A DNA stretch of 64,000 nucleotides, from the NCBI GenBank assembly GCA_963790205.1, contig CAWBNQ010000014.1, forward strand, positions 32,001-96,000. Direction: 5' to 3'. Source of the stretch: Nitrospirota bacterium (GTDB lineage Bacteria; Nitrospirota; UBA9217). Made by a program: the position numbers and the translations under genes. Numbering within the stretch: the stretch's first letter is position 1; each line of letters starts with the position of its first letter. The notes beneath the pieces were generated by a model, which was not told where the DNA came from, made no database searches, and saw nothing but the letters and a program-made list of their open reading frames with translations. Of the stretch, positions 50,679-63,431 are shown one piece after another.

Positions 50679-51440
50679 TCACCCCCGGGTGCTGATTTTC
50701 CTCATGCCGACGGGGTTCGGCGAACGGCGGGCATACCCTTTTTCCTGCACCACGATGTCCAGCGGCAGGCTCACCAGGTCGGAAAGCTCCGGGGTAAAAC
50801 GCACAATCATTCCGGCATCGACGGTCTTCACATAGGAACGGCAAAGATCGCAGGTGTTGATCTTGAACCCCTCCTCGCGCTCAAACACGAGGATGTTCTG
50901 CGTTGGGGCGTCAGCGGCTTGACAGACCGGGCAGCCAATGCGGTCCACATATCCCGGGGTGCCGCAATACGAGCAGGAAACCCGGCGCCGGCCGTGGTCC
51001 CCGATCCACGATACTGCCGGCTGGGCCCTGCAAACCGGGCATCTTCCCTCTTCCCACGTCCGGTCATCAAGAGAGCGCGATTCCCGCAGCGCGATAAAAT
51101 AAGGTTTGCTCAGGAGGAAAAGCAGCATGGAGAGGTCGTCTTCGGCATAGGGAAGCGAGAACGCGGGCACTTCGCCCAGGGGGAGCCGCGTGAAATCGAT
51201 TTCACCCAGCTCCATGGCCTGCTTCAAGGGGTTCAGGCTGCCCTCGGGCAGCTCGATGAACGACGAGAAACGCTCGAAGACCTGGCCGATGAGTCCGGGC
51301 GCATAGGCATTTTGACGCGGACCCGCCTTGACAGGGTTCTCTCTCATCGTTGCGAGGAATTTCAAGGATTTTTCATAGAACCGGAGAGTGTCGGTCAAAT
51401 GAGGCTTTTGTCTGATGATATCTTCAATGACTGCATGCAT
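50679..51440 (-). CDS. fdhE: FdhE-like molybdoenzyme accessory protein
   Basis: CPVC, CSYC, CPVC, CDLCRSYVK, DLVSLPLD. Confidence 0.8.
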   Translation of the reverse strand: MHAVIEDIIRQKPHLTDTLRFYEKSLKFLATMRENPVKAGPRQNAYAPGLIGQVFERFSSFIELPEGSLNPLKQAMELGEIDFTRLPLGEVPAFSLPYAEDDLSMLLFLLSKPYFIALRESRSLDDRTWEEGRCPVCRAQPAVSWIGDHGRRRVSCSYCGTPGYVDRIGCPVCQAADAPTQNILVFEREEGFKINTCDLCRSYVKTVDAGMIVRFTPELSDLVSLPLDIVVQEKGYARRSPNPVGMRKISTRG

Positions 51441-51574
51441 GAAGTCCGTTCCTCCCGGCTCAACTTCGAAATTTTGGTTAGCGGAATCGGGAACTTATTT
51501 GAAATTTGAAGCCTGAGATCGGGTGTTTCATCTTCCTGTTCATCCGGTGAACTATTATTTTCCCCGGGCCTGCC

Positions 51575-52639
51575 TTACGGCACCTTCGGGTACTCGAAGG
51601 GGGTCGTCTCGCCGCTCAATGCTTCAACAAGAAACGCCTTCAAATATTTTTTCTCTTTGTCCGTCAGGCCCAGCGGCTTGAGTTCCGTGTTTCCCTTGCC
51701 GCCCCCTTTGTCGAGGAATTCGATGACCTCATCGAGCGTCGGGAAAATGCCGTTGTGCATATAGGGGCCGGTCTTCGCTATCTCAAGGAGCGTCGGCGTC
51801 CTGAACGCCTTCCAGTCTTTCTTGTCCTTGGTGATCAGATACCTGCCGGGGTCTTCGGTCAGCGTGCGATACTCCTCGAAATGGTAAACTTTGGCCACGA
51901 ACCTTCTCGTGACGGCGATCCGGGGATCGTTCTGGTGTTCGGGGTTTTCCGGCACGTTCAACGCGTGGAACTTGTCGTCCGAGAGGCTGACGCCGAAGTG
52001 GCACTCGGAGCACTTTCCTTTCCTCGTGAAGATAACCAATCCCTTCCTGGCGTTGTCCGAGAGCGCTTTTTTGTCTCCCTTGAGATAGCGGTCAAGGGGC
52101 GTGTTCCGGGACACGAGCGTCCGCTCGAAGGCCGCGATCGCCATGGCCATCCGCTCGCGCGTGGCCTCGCCGTTGAAAACCTTTTGGAAGGCCTCGACAT
52201 ATTCAGGAACGGACCGTATCACCTCCTCGACAAAATCGAGGTTCCGGTTCATCTCGAAGGCGGACATCATGGGAAAGAGCGCCTGGTCCTCGAGGGTCTG
52301 CGCCCTGCCGTCATGGAACAAATACTTCTGGAACGCCACGTTCATGAGCGTGGGCGCGTTTCGCCAGTTTCGGGTCGTGGGATAGCTGAGCGAGATATCG
52401 AGGCCGTCGGTGTACGCATGCTCCGGGTCGTGGCAGGTTTCGCAGCTCATGGTCCCGTCCCCCGAGAGCCTGCGGTCGAAGAACAGTTTCTTCCCGAGCT
52501 CGATCTTTTCCGAAGTCTGGGGGTTCTGCTCCGGTACGGGGACTGAGGTGAAAGGTTCCAGGTTTCCGGCATGAGCAGAGAAACCCGCGCATATCAGAAG
52601 AAATGTCACTCCTATCGTCTTAAGCAGTTGATGCCCCAT
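51575..52639 (-). CDS. Diheme cytochrome c peroxidase/MauG superfamily protein (non-canonical)
   Basis: True start at 52639 with signal peptide; CETCH, RNAPTL, LFHDGRA, CSECH, PYMHNG. Confidence 0.88.
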   Translation of the reverse strand: MGHQLLKTIGVTFLLICAGFSAHAGNLEPFTSVPVPEQNPQTSEKIELGKKLFFDRRLSGDGTMSCETCHDPEHAYTDGLDISLSYPTTRNWRNAPTLMNVAFQKYLFHDGRAQTLEDQALFPMMSAFEMNRNLDFVEEVIRSVPEYVEAFQKVFNGEATRERMAMAIAAFERTLVSRNTPLDRYLKGDKKALSDNARKGLVIFTRKGKCSECHFGVSLSDDKFHALNVPENPEHQNDPRIAVTRRFVAKVYHFEEYRTLTEDPGRYLITKDKKDWKAFRTPTLLEIAKTGPYMHNGIFPTLDEVIEFLDKGGGKGNTELKPLGLTDKEKKYLKAFLVEALSGETTPFEYPKVP

Positions 52640-52709
52640 TGATCGTTGCCTCCGCTTAATTTCGGAACGCGGATTGCACACTCCGAACACTGAGCTCTGA
52701 ACGTTGAAC

Positions 52710-53300
52710 TTAGCGCGAAGCGCGTAATTCCTCGTCGATGATTTTTTTGAAATACTCAAAGGGTCGTTCTCCGATGACCTTCCGGCCATTGATAAAAAAA
52801 GTCGGCGTGTTGTAGAGGTCCATAGCAACCGCCAACTTTTTGTCCCGCTCGATCTCAGCGGCGTGCTTTTTCCCGTCCAGCGACTCGGTGAACTTCTTGA
52901 CATCAAGCCCCAGTTCCTTCGCATAGCGGATGAGACTTTCGCGATCGAGCGTCGGGGACCGTTTTATGAGGAGATCGTGCATCTCCCAGTACTTGCCCTG
53001 GTCCCGCGCGTCGAGTGACGCCTCGGCGGCCAGGTGCGAGTAGTCGCGGTAGATGTAGGGATAGTTCTTGATGACGAGGCGTATCTCCCCCGGGTACGCA
53101 GTCATTATTTTTTTGACGGTCGGACCGGCCGCCACGCAGTGCGGTCACTGGAAATCGAGGAATTCTACAATGGTCACGGGCGCGTTGGGAGGTCCCATGG
53201 CCGGAGAATCGTCGAGCGGGACGGAGAACCTCTTCTCGTCCGTGAAGGCGGGGAACGCGATCAGAACCATGGCGATGAACAGCGTGATTTTTTTCAACAA
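52710..53300 (-). CDS. Secreted DsbA-like thioredoxin-fold selenoprotein (UxxC, UGA at 53145-53147)
   Basis: Two in-frame ORFs are joined by TGA: IVEFLDFQ-U-PHCVAAGP. SD GAAGGAG plus TTG at 53300; signal peptide; C-terminal TPTFFING. Confidence 0.85.
53115..53133 (-). promoter_or_regulatory. Candidate bacterial SECIS hairpin
   Basis: GGCGGCCGGUCCGACCGUC begins after an 11-nt spacer following UGA; apical GGUC as in E. coli fdhF. Confidence 0.7.
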
Positions 53301-53342
53301 GCGATCTCCTTCAGCAGGCGGGTGGCCGAGCCGCAAATAAGA

Positions 53343-53381
53343 AAAGCCCATTTGCGGTCGGCAAACCTACAAATGGGCTTT
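53343..53381 (-). terminator. Terminator-like 12-bp hairpin in the leader of the selenoprotein gene
   Basis: AAAGCCCATTTG/CAAATGGGCTTT followed by TCTTATTT. Confidence 0.6.
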
Positions 53382-53458
53382 ATGGTTCGTTCTTCTCCCT
53401 CCCCATCCTTCGCCGTTCACGGGGAACAGCACAAGAGCAAAGAGCTGGACTCTGTAAC

Positions 53459-53487
53459 AGTATATTTTTATTTTCGTCCGCTGTCAA
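53459..53487 (-). promoter_or_regulatory. sigma70 promoter upstream of the selenoprotein gene
   Basis: TTGACA-N17-TATACT. Confidence 0.7.
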
Positions 53488-53540
53488 CCCCATGCCGCCG
53501 GCCGGGCTCCGCTGCAGAAAACGTGGCGGCCCACGGCGCT

Positions 53541-55520
<1,980 letters not shown>

Positions 55521-55708
55521 GCAGTGTTCCTCCTTCTCGCTGCTTTCAAAATAGAACTCCGCCGCGAAGCGGCGGATATGGGGAATGGTCGCCGTTCAGA
55601 TAAGGTAAGTTTAGCGGTAACGGGCGACAATTGTCAAGGGGCAAAGATACGGCGATTAATCCCCCGCCGTACCCCGCCCCTTGCAGGTATGACCTGATGC
55701 TGTGCGAA

Positions 55709-57496
55709 CTATTCCGCTCCGATACCGATGTATTCCCGGACCTTCTCGTCAGCGAATTTTTCCTGCGATTCCTTGTCCGGCGTCAGGAGAGAGACGAGAA
55801 TCCCCATGAGGAACGCCGCAGCCATGGAGTAAATACCCGGGTTCTTCAAGGGGAAGATGGCCTTCGGCATGGCGGAATCAGCCTCTTTCTTTTGTGCCGC
55901 AAGCGCCTCCTTGTCCTTCATCTTCGCGTCCACGGATGTCTTGATCGCCGCGTTCTTTTTTATAACAGCCGTCTTATCTTTTCTCTTCAGCTTTGCGATC
56001 GCATCGTCGGCGACCAGCTGCTTTGTCAGCGCATCGATATCGGTTCCGACGGCCGTTGCTTTCGCGTCGATGTCCTTGATCTGCGCCTGTACCTTGGCGA
56101 CATCGGCTTTGTGTACGATGTCGACCCACACGGTCGGACTCAGGATGAGAAGCACGACGGCGACTGCAAGGCCGGTGTAGATGCTCGTCACGGCTCCCGA
56201 CGTGGTGAACTTCTTCCACATGATCGACAGGAGCAGCGCCGGAAAGTTGGCGCTTGCGGCGATGGCAAACGTCAACCCGACCAGGAACGCCACGTTCTGC
56301 CCCTTGAACAGGATGCCGAGCAGGATCGCGGCGATGCCGAGACAGACCGTGGCGATCTTCGCGACCTTCACTTCTTCCTTCTCCGCGGCCACGCCGCGCC
56401 GTATCACGCCCACGTACAGGTCATGGGAAAGCGCCGACGCGCCGGCAAGGGTCAGGCCGGACACGACCGCGAGGATCGTGGCGAAGGCCACGGCGGACAG
56501 AAAACCGAGAAAGATGTTCCCGCCGAGCGCTTCCGCGAGCAGCGGGCCCGCCATGTTGCCGCCCGCATCGATCCCCATGATGACCTTCTGGCCCACGAGC
56601 ACCGCTGCGCCGAAGCCGATGGTCACGGTCAGGATGTAGAAGTAGCCGATGAACCCGGTTGCGACGAACACCGACTTGCGCGCCGCTTTGGCGTCGGGCA
56701 CGGTGTAGAACCGCATGAGGATGTGCGGAAGCCCCGCCGTGCCGAACATGAGGGCAAGGCCGAGCGAGAATGCGTCAAGGGGGCTGGTGACGAGGCCGCC
56801 CGGCTCGAGGAATTTCTGCTTGAGCGGGGTGACCTCGGCTGCCTGCCTGAAGAGCTCGTGATAGCTGAACCCGAACTGCGACAGCGTCAGGATGACCAGG
56901 AGCGTTGCGCCGCCCAGAAGCAGCGCGGCCTTGATGATCTGGACCCACGTGGTCGCGATCATGCCGCCGAAGAGCACGTAGGAGATCATGAGCGTGCCCG
57001 TTACCGCGATGGCCAGCTCGAAGGGCAGGCCGAACATGAGCTTGATCAGCGTGCCGGCGCCCACCATCTGAGCGATGAGGTAGGTGAGAACGACCACGAG
57101 CGATCCGGCCGCCGCGGCGGCGCGGATGGGCCGCTGCTTAAGCCGGAAGGCAACGACGTCGGCAAAGGTGTACTTGCCGAGATTACGGAGCGGTTCGGAG
57201 ATGAGGAACATGATGATCGGCCACCCTACGAGCCAGCCCACGGAGTAGATGAGGCCGTCGTACCCTTTGGTGGACACGAGTCCGGCGATCCCGAGGAACG
57301 ACGCCGCGCTCATGTAATCGCCGGCGAGGGCAAGGCCGTTCTGAAATCCCGTAATGCTTCTGCCCGCGGCATAAAAGTCCTTCGTCGTCCTCGTTCGTTT
57401 GGCCGCCCAGTACGTGATCCCCAGGGTGATGAGAACGAACAGGACAAAGAACGCTATTGCAATCGGGTTTGTCTGTCCAATGATGGTCTGGTGCAT
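55709..57496 (-). CDS. actP: Cation/acetate symporter ActP with a coiled-coil insertion
   Basis: [33 protein letters not shown]. Confidence 0.92.
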   Translation of the reverse strand: MHQTIIGQTNPIAIAFFVLFVLITLGITYWAAKRTRTTKDFYAAGRSITGFQNGLALAGDYMSAASFLGIAGLVSTKGYDGLIYSVGWLVGWPIIMFLISEPLRNLGKYTFADVVAFRLKQRPIRAAAAAGSLVVVLTYLIAQMVGAGTLIKLMFGLPFELAIAVTGTLMISYVLFGGMIATTWVQIIKAALLLGGATLLVILTLSQFGFSYHELFRQAAEVTPLKQKFLEPGGLVTSPLDAFSLGLALMFGTAGLPHILMRFYTVPDAKAARKSVFVATGFIGYFYILTVTIGFGAAVLVGQKVIMGIDAGGNMAGPLLAEALGGNIFLGFLSAVAFATILAVVSGLTLAGASALSHDLYVGVIRRGVAAEKEEVKVAKIATVCLGIAAILLGILFKGQNVAFLVGLTFAIAASANFPALLLSIMWKKFTTSGAVTSIYTGLAVAVVLLILSPTVWVDIVHKADVAKVQAQIKDIDAKATAVGTDIDALTKQLVADDAIAKLKRKDKTAVIKKNAAIKTSVDAKMKDKEALAAQKKEADSAMPKAIFPLKNPGIYSMAAAFLMGILVSLLTPDKESQEKFADEKVREYIGIGAE

Positions 57497-57498
57497 GA

Positions 57499-57804
57499 TT
57501 ACCCTCCTACTTTCTCTTTGATATTATTGACCAGCGCGTCGTACGTCTGGTTCGCCCATCTGATGTAGATGCCGGTAAAGACCCATGAGAGGAAAATGGT
57601 CCCGACGGCGATCGGGATCCCGATCGTGATGGCGCCCGAGATCTTCATGCCGAGAAACGGTTTGTTGAACGCAACCAGGCTGATGAACCCGAAATACAGC
57701 ACCAGTTCCAGGATCGTCAGGATCCACGCGATCCTGTTCCTCCGTGAAACCAGACTCAGAAAATCGGGGTCATTCAAGATGTCTTCTTTTTTTACTTTAG
57801 CCAT
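57499..57804 (-). CDS. yjcH: DUF485 (YjcH-like) membrane protein
   Basis: Two TM helices, YIRWAN..YD; immediately upstream of actP. Confidence 0.88.
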   Translation of the reverse strand: MAKVKKEDILNDPDFLSLVSRRNRIAWILTILELVLYFGFISLVAFNKPFLGMKISGAITIGIPIAVGTIFLSWVFTGIYIRWANQTYDALVNNIKEKVGG

Positions 57805-57913
57805 GTTTCTTTTCCTCCTGTCTCGTATTTTTTGCCGATGACGACGATTGCGCCTTGAACAGCGATCATCGCGTCATGCGTGGTCATCGGCTTTTTCGGT
57901 ACCTGACAACGCT

Positions 57914-58612
57914 TCAGAAATTCGTTATTTCTCCCGTTGACCCGAACCGATCACCTCCTTCAAAAGGCTTTCCTATTTTTAAAAGATCCCCGATGTTCCC
58001 CGCTCCCGCTTCCGCAAGCAGCGGGAGGAACCGCTGGAAAAGCTGCGCCGTGGCGTAGGCGTCCATGATCGCATTGTGCGCGCCGTTCACCGGGACGCCG
58101 AAACACCGGGCTATATCGTAGAGCCGGCACCCCGTAAGCGGCGTCGCAAAGCAGTCCCGGGACTTCCCCCGTTTCCGCAGCCACTCGTAGATACTGAAGG
58201 TATCCACGACGCGGTTCCGGATGGCCGCATTGCGCAGCCGCTTCATCTCCCGGTTCAGGAACGCGAGGTCGATGGAGATAAAGTGGCCGACGAGCACGTC
58301 AGCGCCGCAAAACTCGAGAAACTCCTCCAGGACCGGTCCGATCACCGGCGACAGCACCACGTCCGACGGCGTGATCTCGTGAATGACCACGCTCGCCGCC
58401 GTCAGTTCGGTCCGCGGGCTCACGAGACGGTAGAACGTGTCCCCGATGTCTATCTTCCCGCCCGTCATGCGCACCGCGCCGATCGAGACGATGGAATCCC
58501 TGCTCGCATCGAGCCCGGTGAGCTCCGTGTCCACCACCACGTAACGAACGTCGGTGATCGGCGTGTGTTCGTCGATGGCGGACTTTTGTTTTCTTTTAAA
58601 CAGGCTCACCAT
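57914..58612 (-). CDS. DEDDh 3'-5' exonuclease (DnaQ-like)
   Basis: VDTELTG, VGHF, D.AFL, HNAIMDA. Confidence 0.88.
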   Translation of the reverse strand: MVSLFKRKQKSAIDEHTPITDVRYVVVDTELTGLDASRDSIVSIGAVRMTGGKIDIGDTFYRLVSPRTELTAASVVIHEITPSDVVLSPVIGPVLEEFLEFCGADVLVGHFISIDLAFLNREMKRLRNAAIRNRVVDTFSIYEWLRKRGKSRDCFATPLTGCRLYDIARCFGVPVNGAHNAIMDAYATAQLFQRFLPLLAEAGAGNIGDLLKIGKPFEGGDRFGSTGEITNF

Positions 58613-58699
58613 GAGTTTACGGTACCTGAGAAGCAAGAAGCAATTCTTCTTACTTCTTACTACCTGCTTCCTCCTTCTTACTTTTCACTGCCCCACTCC

Positions 58700-60602
58700 T
58701 CACCAGATCAGCGACTTGTACCGCTCGATGATCAGGTCCTGGACCTTCGAGATGAGCTGGAACGCCTCTTTGATCGACCGCTTCTCGAGGTTGGAAAGCT
58801 TGTTCGGGTTGATGAAGTTATCGGGCTCCTGGCCCGAGCTGATCTGCGCGTACTGGTGGTGAATGCGGAGAAGAGTGATGAACTCGAAGGCCTGCTCCAG
58901 ATCGTCGGCGTATTCCTCGACGATGGTGTGCCTGCTCCGCAGCGTTTCGATCCGCTCCAGGGTCGAGGTCTCCCGGATCCCCTTCTCCAGCGCAAAGAGC
59001 CTCATGATGTCCACGAGCGGCGCGATGCCCTTTACCTTGAGGTTGAGCTGGTCCTTGTGCTCCCCGCTTTTCTCGACCACGAAGGACTTGAAGAACCCGA
59101 TGGGCGGCATGTTCCTGATCGCCATGTTCGCGAGGTAACCGAGGAACACCTTCTGGTCCCTGAGCTGCGCGTTCAGGTAGTCCCGGAGCTGCTCCGCGAG
59201 CAACGCATCGCCGGCCATATGCCGGAAATCGAAGAACGCCACCGAGTTGAGCACCGCGTCCGGCGTGGGAGTTGCTATCCAGGTGGAAAAATATTTTTTC
59301 CAGGTCTTGAGCGGCTGGCGCCATTGGGGATTGGTCGCCATGTAATTGGCCGGGCAGGACGGGAAACCGCACTGGAGCAGGCCGTCGCGCGCGTAGTCGG
59401 CGAATGCGGCGAAATAGACCCGGGCCGCTTCGGCCTTCTCGTCGGTCCCCGGGTCGACATAGATGATGGCGTTGTCCTGGTCGGTCTTAAAGGTCTGCTC
59501 CTTGCGGCCCTCGCTGCCGAACACGATCCAGCTGTAGGCAAGGGGCGGCTTGCCGAGCTTCCGCTCGGCGAACTCGAGCCACCTTCCGCACGAGCCGGTC
59601 GTTGATCTCGGTGATCACCTTCGTGATGTTGTTCGCCTTGGCGCCTTCCTTGAGCAGGAGACCGACGATGTTGTTGATCTTCTTCGAAACGGGGACGAGG
59701 CCCTCGATCGTCTGCTGGCTCTCGATGTCCTTGGTGAGCGAGAGCGGCGACGTGCCCTGGAGCATCATGAGGTCGTGGTTCGTGACCACTCCCGTGAGCT
59801 TCCCGTCCCTGATCACCAGGATGTGGTGGATGTTGTACTTCAGCATCTTGAGAACGACTTCGAAGCAATAGTCGCGGCCGTCGACGCGGATGAGCGTCGT
59901 GCTCATGATGTTCTTCACCGGTTCCTGAACGTTCCGGCCTTTTGCCACGACCTTTTCCCGGAGGTCCCGGTCGGTCACGATGCCGGACGGCAGGTCGTTC
60001 CGGTCCATGATGACGAGCGAACTGATGCGGTTTTCGGACATGATTGCGGCCGCTTCGCGAATGGGCGTCTCTTCCCGGGTCGAGACCACGCCCTTGATGG
60101 CCATGTCTCCGACGCGCGTGGTAAAGAGCAGGCGGTCGCTCCCGCCGTAGAACATGCTCTTGTCCTGCATTTCGCGGTAGGTGCGGTCGATATACCTGGT
60201 GATGTGCGATTTCAGGAAATACTCGGTGAACGAAAGGTGCGAATCGAGGAGCTTCAGGAGCATCTCTTTGCCGAGAAGGTAGCAGATGGTATCTTCCACG
60301 GCCGTGATGTTGGACCGGACGCGGTCCTTGCCCACGAGCGAAAGGAAGCCGAAGGTATCGCCCTCGCCGCGGTAGTCGATCACCACTTCGCCGCCGTCCT
60401 CGGAGACCATCGAGACCTTGACGCCGCCTTTTTTGATGATCCTGAGCGCGTCGCTCGGAGGTCCGTCCTGCTTCAGGACCACCATGTCCTTGGGATAGAA
60501 CTCCAGGGACAGGTTCCTGGCCACGGCCTGGATGTCGGCATCGTCGAGGAACTGGAAGGGCGGGACCTTCTTCAGGAAGGCCACAACGTCTTCCATGATC
60601 AT
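58700..60602 (-). CDS. cNMP-binding/CBS/DUF294 nucleotidyltransferase-like protein with an apparent +1 frameshift near 59580
   Basis: N-part: cNMP-binding domain plus a CBS pair. C-part: GSEGRKEQTFKTDQDNA, CPANYMATNP. Removing one G restores VRKVLEFAERKLGKPPLAYSWIVFGSEGR. Confidence 0.88.
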
Positions 60603-61061
60603 ATTGCTTCCCTGGTTCGGCTTTGCAGCGGACTTCATGCCTTATAATTAAGCAAAACAAATACCAATTTAACGAGTCGCGGGACGGGGAGCTATCGTGA
60701 CGATCATGGGTGAGTTTCAGCAGAGACACAAGAGAGATGCCGGGCAGGGGCGTTCCTGGGAAGAGCAGGTGAGGCTGTTTTAATATTGAATGAATTCAAC
60801 CTGTTTTTGCCGCGTTGGCTATTCGGCAATCAGGCAGGGCTGAGGGTTAGAACGTATAATGAAATTTTGATTTATAGAAGACTGCAGGCTATAAATAGAC
60901 ACTTAGTGAAAATATTTTTAGCACCCGTCAAACAATATTCTCTCTGAGGTAGCTTTTGACGAAATCATGTAACGAAAAGTAATTGCAGGATGAGTTCAGG
61001 AGATACAAAAAGTAACCAACACAAGGATACACAAGATGCTCCGGAAGTTGCAAAACAAAGC

Positions 61062-62891
61062 TTATCCCGGCGCAGTTTCCTCTCTCAGTTTTTTTGCCAT
61101 CTGGTAAAAATCACATTTCCTGCAGTCCGCGTATTTCTGAGCAAAGGTCCCCTGTACTTTGCCTTCGCAAAACGTGCCCGCGACGGCCCAGCAGATCCTC
61201 CCGAAATCCGGGTAGGCCGGACATTTCGTCGTTGCGTCCTTGTCCCTGCCGCATTTCATGTACTCCCAGCATTTTATTTCCCGCGATTCTTCCTCGCCCT
61301 GCTGCGGGAAATACAGGCTGAAGGCGGAGCCCGCCCCTTCCCTGCTCTCCGCCCTGATAAAGCCGCCGTGCTCTTCCATGATCTTGTTCGTTATGGAAAG
61401 ACCGAGACCGGTGCCGCGCCCGATCTGTTTTGTCGTAAAGAAGGGCTCGAAGATCAGCGGCAGTTTGTCATCAGCGATCCCCTGCCCCGTATCGGACACC
61501 TTCAAGTACACATACCGTACGTCGTGAAGGACCTCGCTCCCCGTGGTGATCTTCAGCGTGCCGCCGCCGGGCATGGCATCGAGCGCGTTGGCAATAAGAT
61601 TGGTGAGCGCCTGCCTGACCTGGTCCCGGTCCATCAAAACAGGAGGAAGGCCCCGCTCTATCATGACCTCCACGTTGACGCATTGTTCGCTGCACACATT
61701 CTCGTGCATCTTCACCACGTCAAACACCAGTTCCCCGATCGGGTGTTTTTCAAGATAAGACCGCGCGTCCCGGGAAAACGTAAGCACGTCCCGCAGTATT
61801 TTCTCAAGTCTGTCGACTTCGGAGACAATGACCTCCGCGCGCTCCTTCTCTTTTTCTCCCGAGGCGCTCTTATAGAGCCTGCGCGCGAACCCTCCGATGG
61901 CCGTCAGGGGGTTCCGTATTTCGTGCGCCACGTCGGCGGTCAGTCTTCCCAGCGCGGAAAGCTTCTCGGCCTGGATCAGCTTGTCCTGGGACCTTTTCAA
62001 TTCAGCGGTCTTCTTCGCGATCTCCCGTTCGAGGCTCGCGGTCCAGTCTTCCATCCTTACTCTCGCAATCTTAAGCTCCTGCGTCATGGCGTTGAAGTCG
62101 CGGACCAGCAGGCCTATTTCATCCTCCGAGGTCGCTGTCACGGTGAGGCCGAGGTCCCCTTCCGCCACGGCCCCCATGGCGTCGGACAGGGTCGTTACGG
62201 GCTTCAGCACGAATTTCCGGAGGACGGCGGAGAGGACCACGGAAACGAGGCCCATGAGGACAAAGGCATACACCGTGGTGTTCAGTGTCTGCTCTTTGAT
62301 GTTTTTATCAACAGTGGCAAGAGAAAAATCGGCTTCAAGGAGGCCGAGCACCCGCTGGTCCGGGGAATGGACGTGGCAGGCGGCCCGCAGGCAGGAAGGC
62401 TCGCTGTAGATCGGGGCAATGTACGTCAGAAGGTCGTGTCCCTCCTTGCCCTCATAGGTCGTCCATTGGCGCTCCCCGATCAGGGTCTCCGAAGGCTTTT
62501 CAGGGACGCGGTGACAGCCCAGACAGACGCGCGCGGACCGATCGACCCGGCGCCCGATCTCCTCCCGTTTTGACGAATAAGCGATCTTTCCCTTGCTGTC
62601 GAAGAGCCTGATCCCCGCAACGTCCTTTGCTGAGCCCAGGTCGTCTATCGTCAGCTGGATGGCCTCCCGGTTGAAGGTGAGCATGCCGTAGCGCACGCTC
62701 TTTTTAACGAGCTCGGAGTACGTGGCGGCGTCCTTCACCGCCTCGTTGATGAGATTTTTTCTGCCCGTACGGATCAGCGTGTACCACGATATGCCCCCGC
62801 CGATGATGATGAGCGACACGAGGGCGATAATAAGTTTTGCCGCGAGGGATCGGGATATAGATCTGACTATGAAGGTGAGAAGGTTCGTCAT
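61062..62891 (-). CDS. Sensor histidine kinase with periplasmic heme-c motifs, HAMP and a C-terminal Cys/Trp domain
   Basis: Two TM helices; CLGCH and CLRAACH; AHEIRNPL; PFFTTK, GTGLGL; tail CWEYMKC..CPAY..CWAVAGTFC..CRKCDFY. Confidence 0.92.
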   Translation of the reverse strand: MTNLLTFIVRSISRSLAAKLIIALVSLIIIGGGISWYTLIRTGRKNLINEAVKDAATYSELVKKSVRYGMLTFNREAIQLTIDDLGSAKDVAGIRLFDSKGKIAYSSKREEIGRRVDRSARVCLGCHRVPEKPSETLIGERQWTTYEGKEGHDLLTYIAPIYSEPSCLRAACHVHSPDQRVLGLLEADFSLATVDKNIKEQTLNTTVYAFVLMGLVSVVLSAVLRKFVLKPVTTLSDAMGAVAEGDLGLTVTATSEDEIGLLVRDFNAMTQELKIARVRMEDWTASLEREIAKKTAELKRSQDKLIQAEKLSALGRLTADVAHEIRNPLTAIGGFARRLYKSASGEKEKERAEVIVSEVDRLEKILRDVLTFSRDARSYLEKHPIGELVFDVVKMHENVCSEQCVNVEVMIERGLPPVLMDRDQVRQALTNLIANALDAMPGGGTLKITTGSEVLHDVRYVYLKVSDTGQGIADDKLPLIFEPFFTTKQIGRGTGLGLSITNKIMEEHGGFIRAESREGAGSAFSLYFPQQGEEESREIKCWEYMKCGRDKDATTKCPAYPDFGRICWAVAGTFCEGKVQGTFAQKYADCRKCDFYQMAKKLREETAPG

Positions 62892-63431
62892 GGCGGGACC
62901 ATGCCTCTTTATGTTCCTATTCTACACCACTCCTTTCCTTAAATCATCAGCAATCGCGGTTTATGCATCCGCTATTAGCCAGATAGACGCTCGTTCCCTG
63001 ATGCGCCTGCATACGACTTTCGCCGCTCAGGGCGACCGCATATCGTGCCAATAGACCATCAGGGATAGTGATCATGGGATGTTGAGCACAAACTATACTT
63101 CACGCAGAACAGTATGTTATGCGACAACTCAACTATAATGAAATCCTATTGTGGCAACAAGTTGTTACTCCATTTGACCCATATCTGCTTGACCCATTAA
63201 AAAAAGCGTGATAAAGTTCACAAAGTACTCAAGAACTTGTTGAACTAAGCCGCTGCGCGGCGGTGTTATTCGCATTCCAATAAGTCTCTCTACAATTCAT
63301 CCCCGCATATCTCGATAGATTTTCTTCGTCTCGCTCCTTGCTTCATAATCCTGACCGTTCTACAATCTTCTTTCGCATCACCATCGGCGTCATGCCGTTG
63401 GAATTTCGATTCAACGGAAGGAGATTATGCA

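Noticed and set aside
53355..53380. c-di-GMP-I riboswitch (GGCAAAC on the plus strand)
   Set aside because: Wrong strand for the downstream gene, and the GNRA/GCAAAGC elements are missing.
63037..63050. sigma54 promoter TGGCACG upstream of the kinase
   Set aside because: GG-to-GC spacing is 8 nt rather than the required 10.
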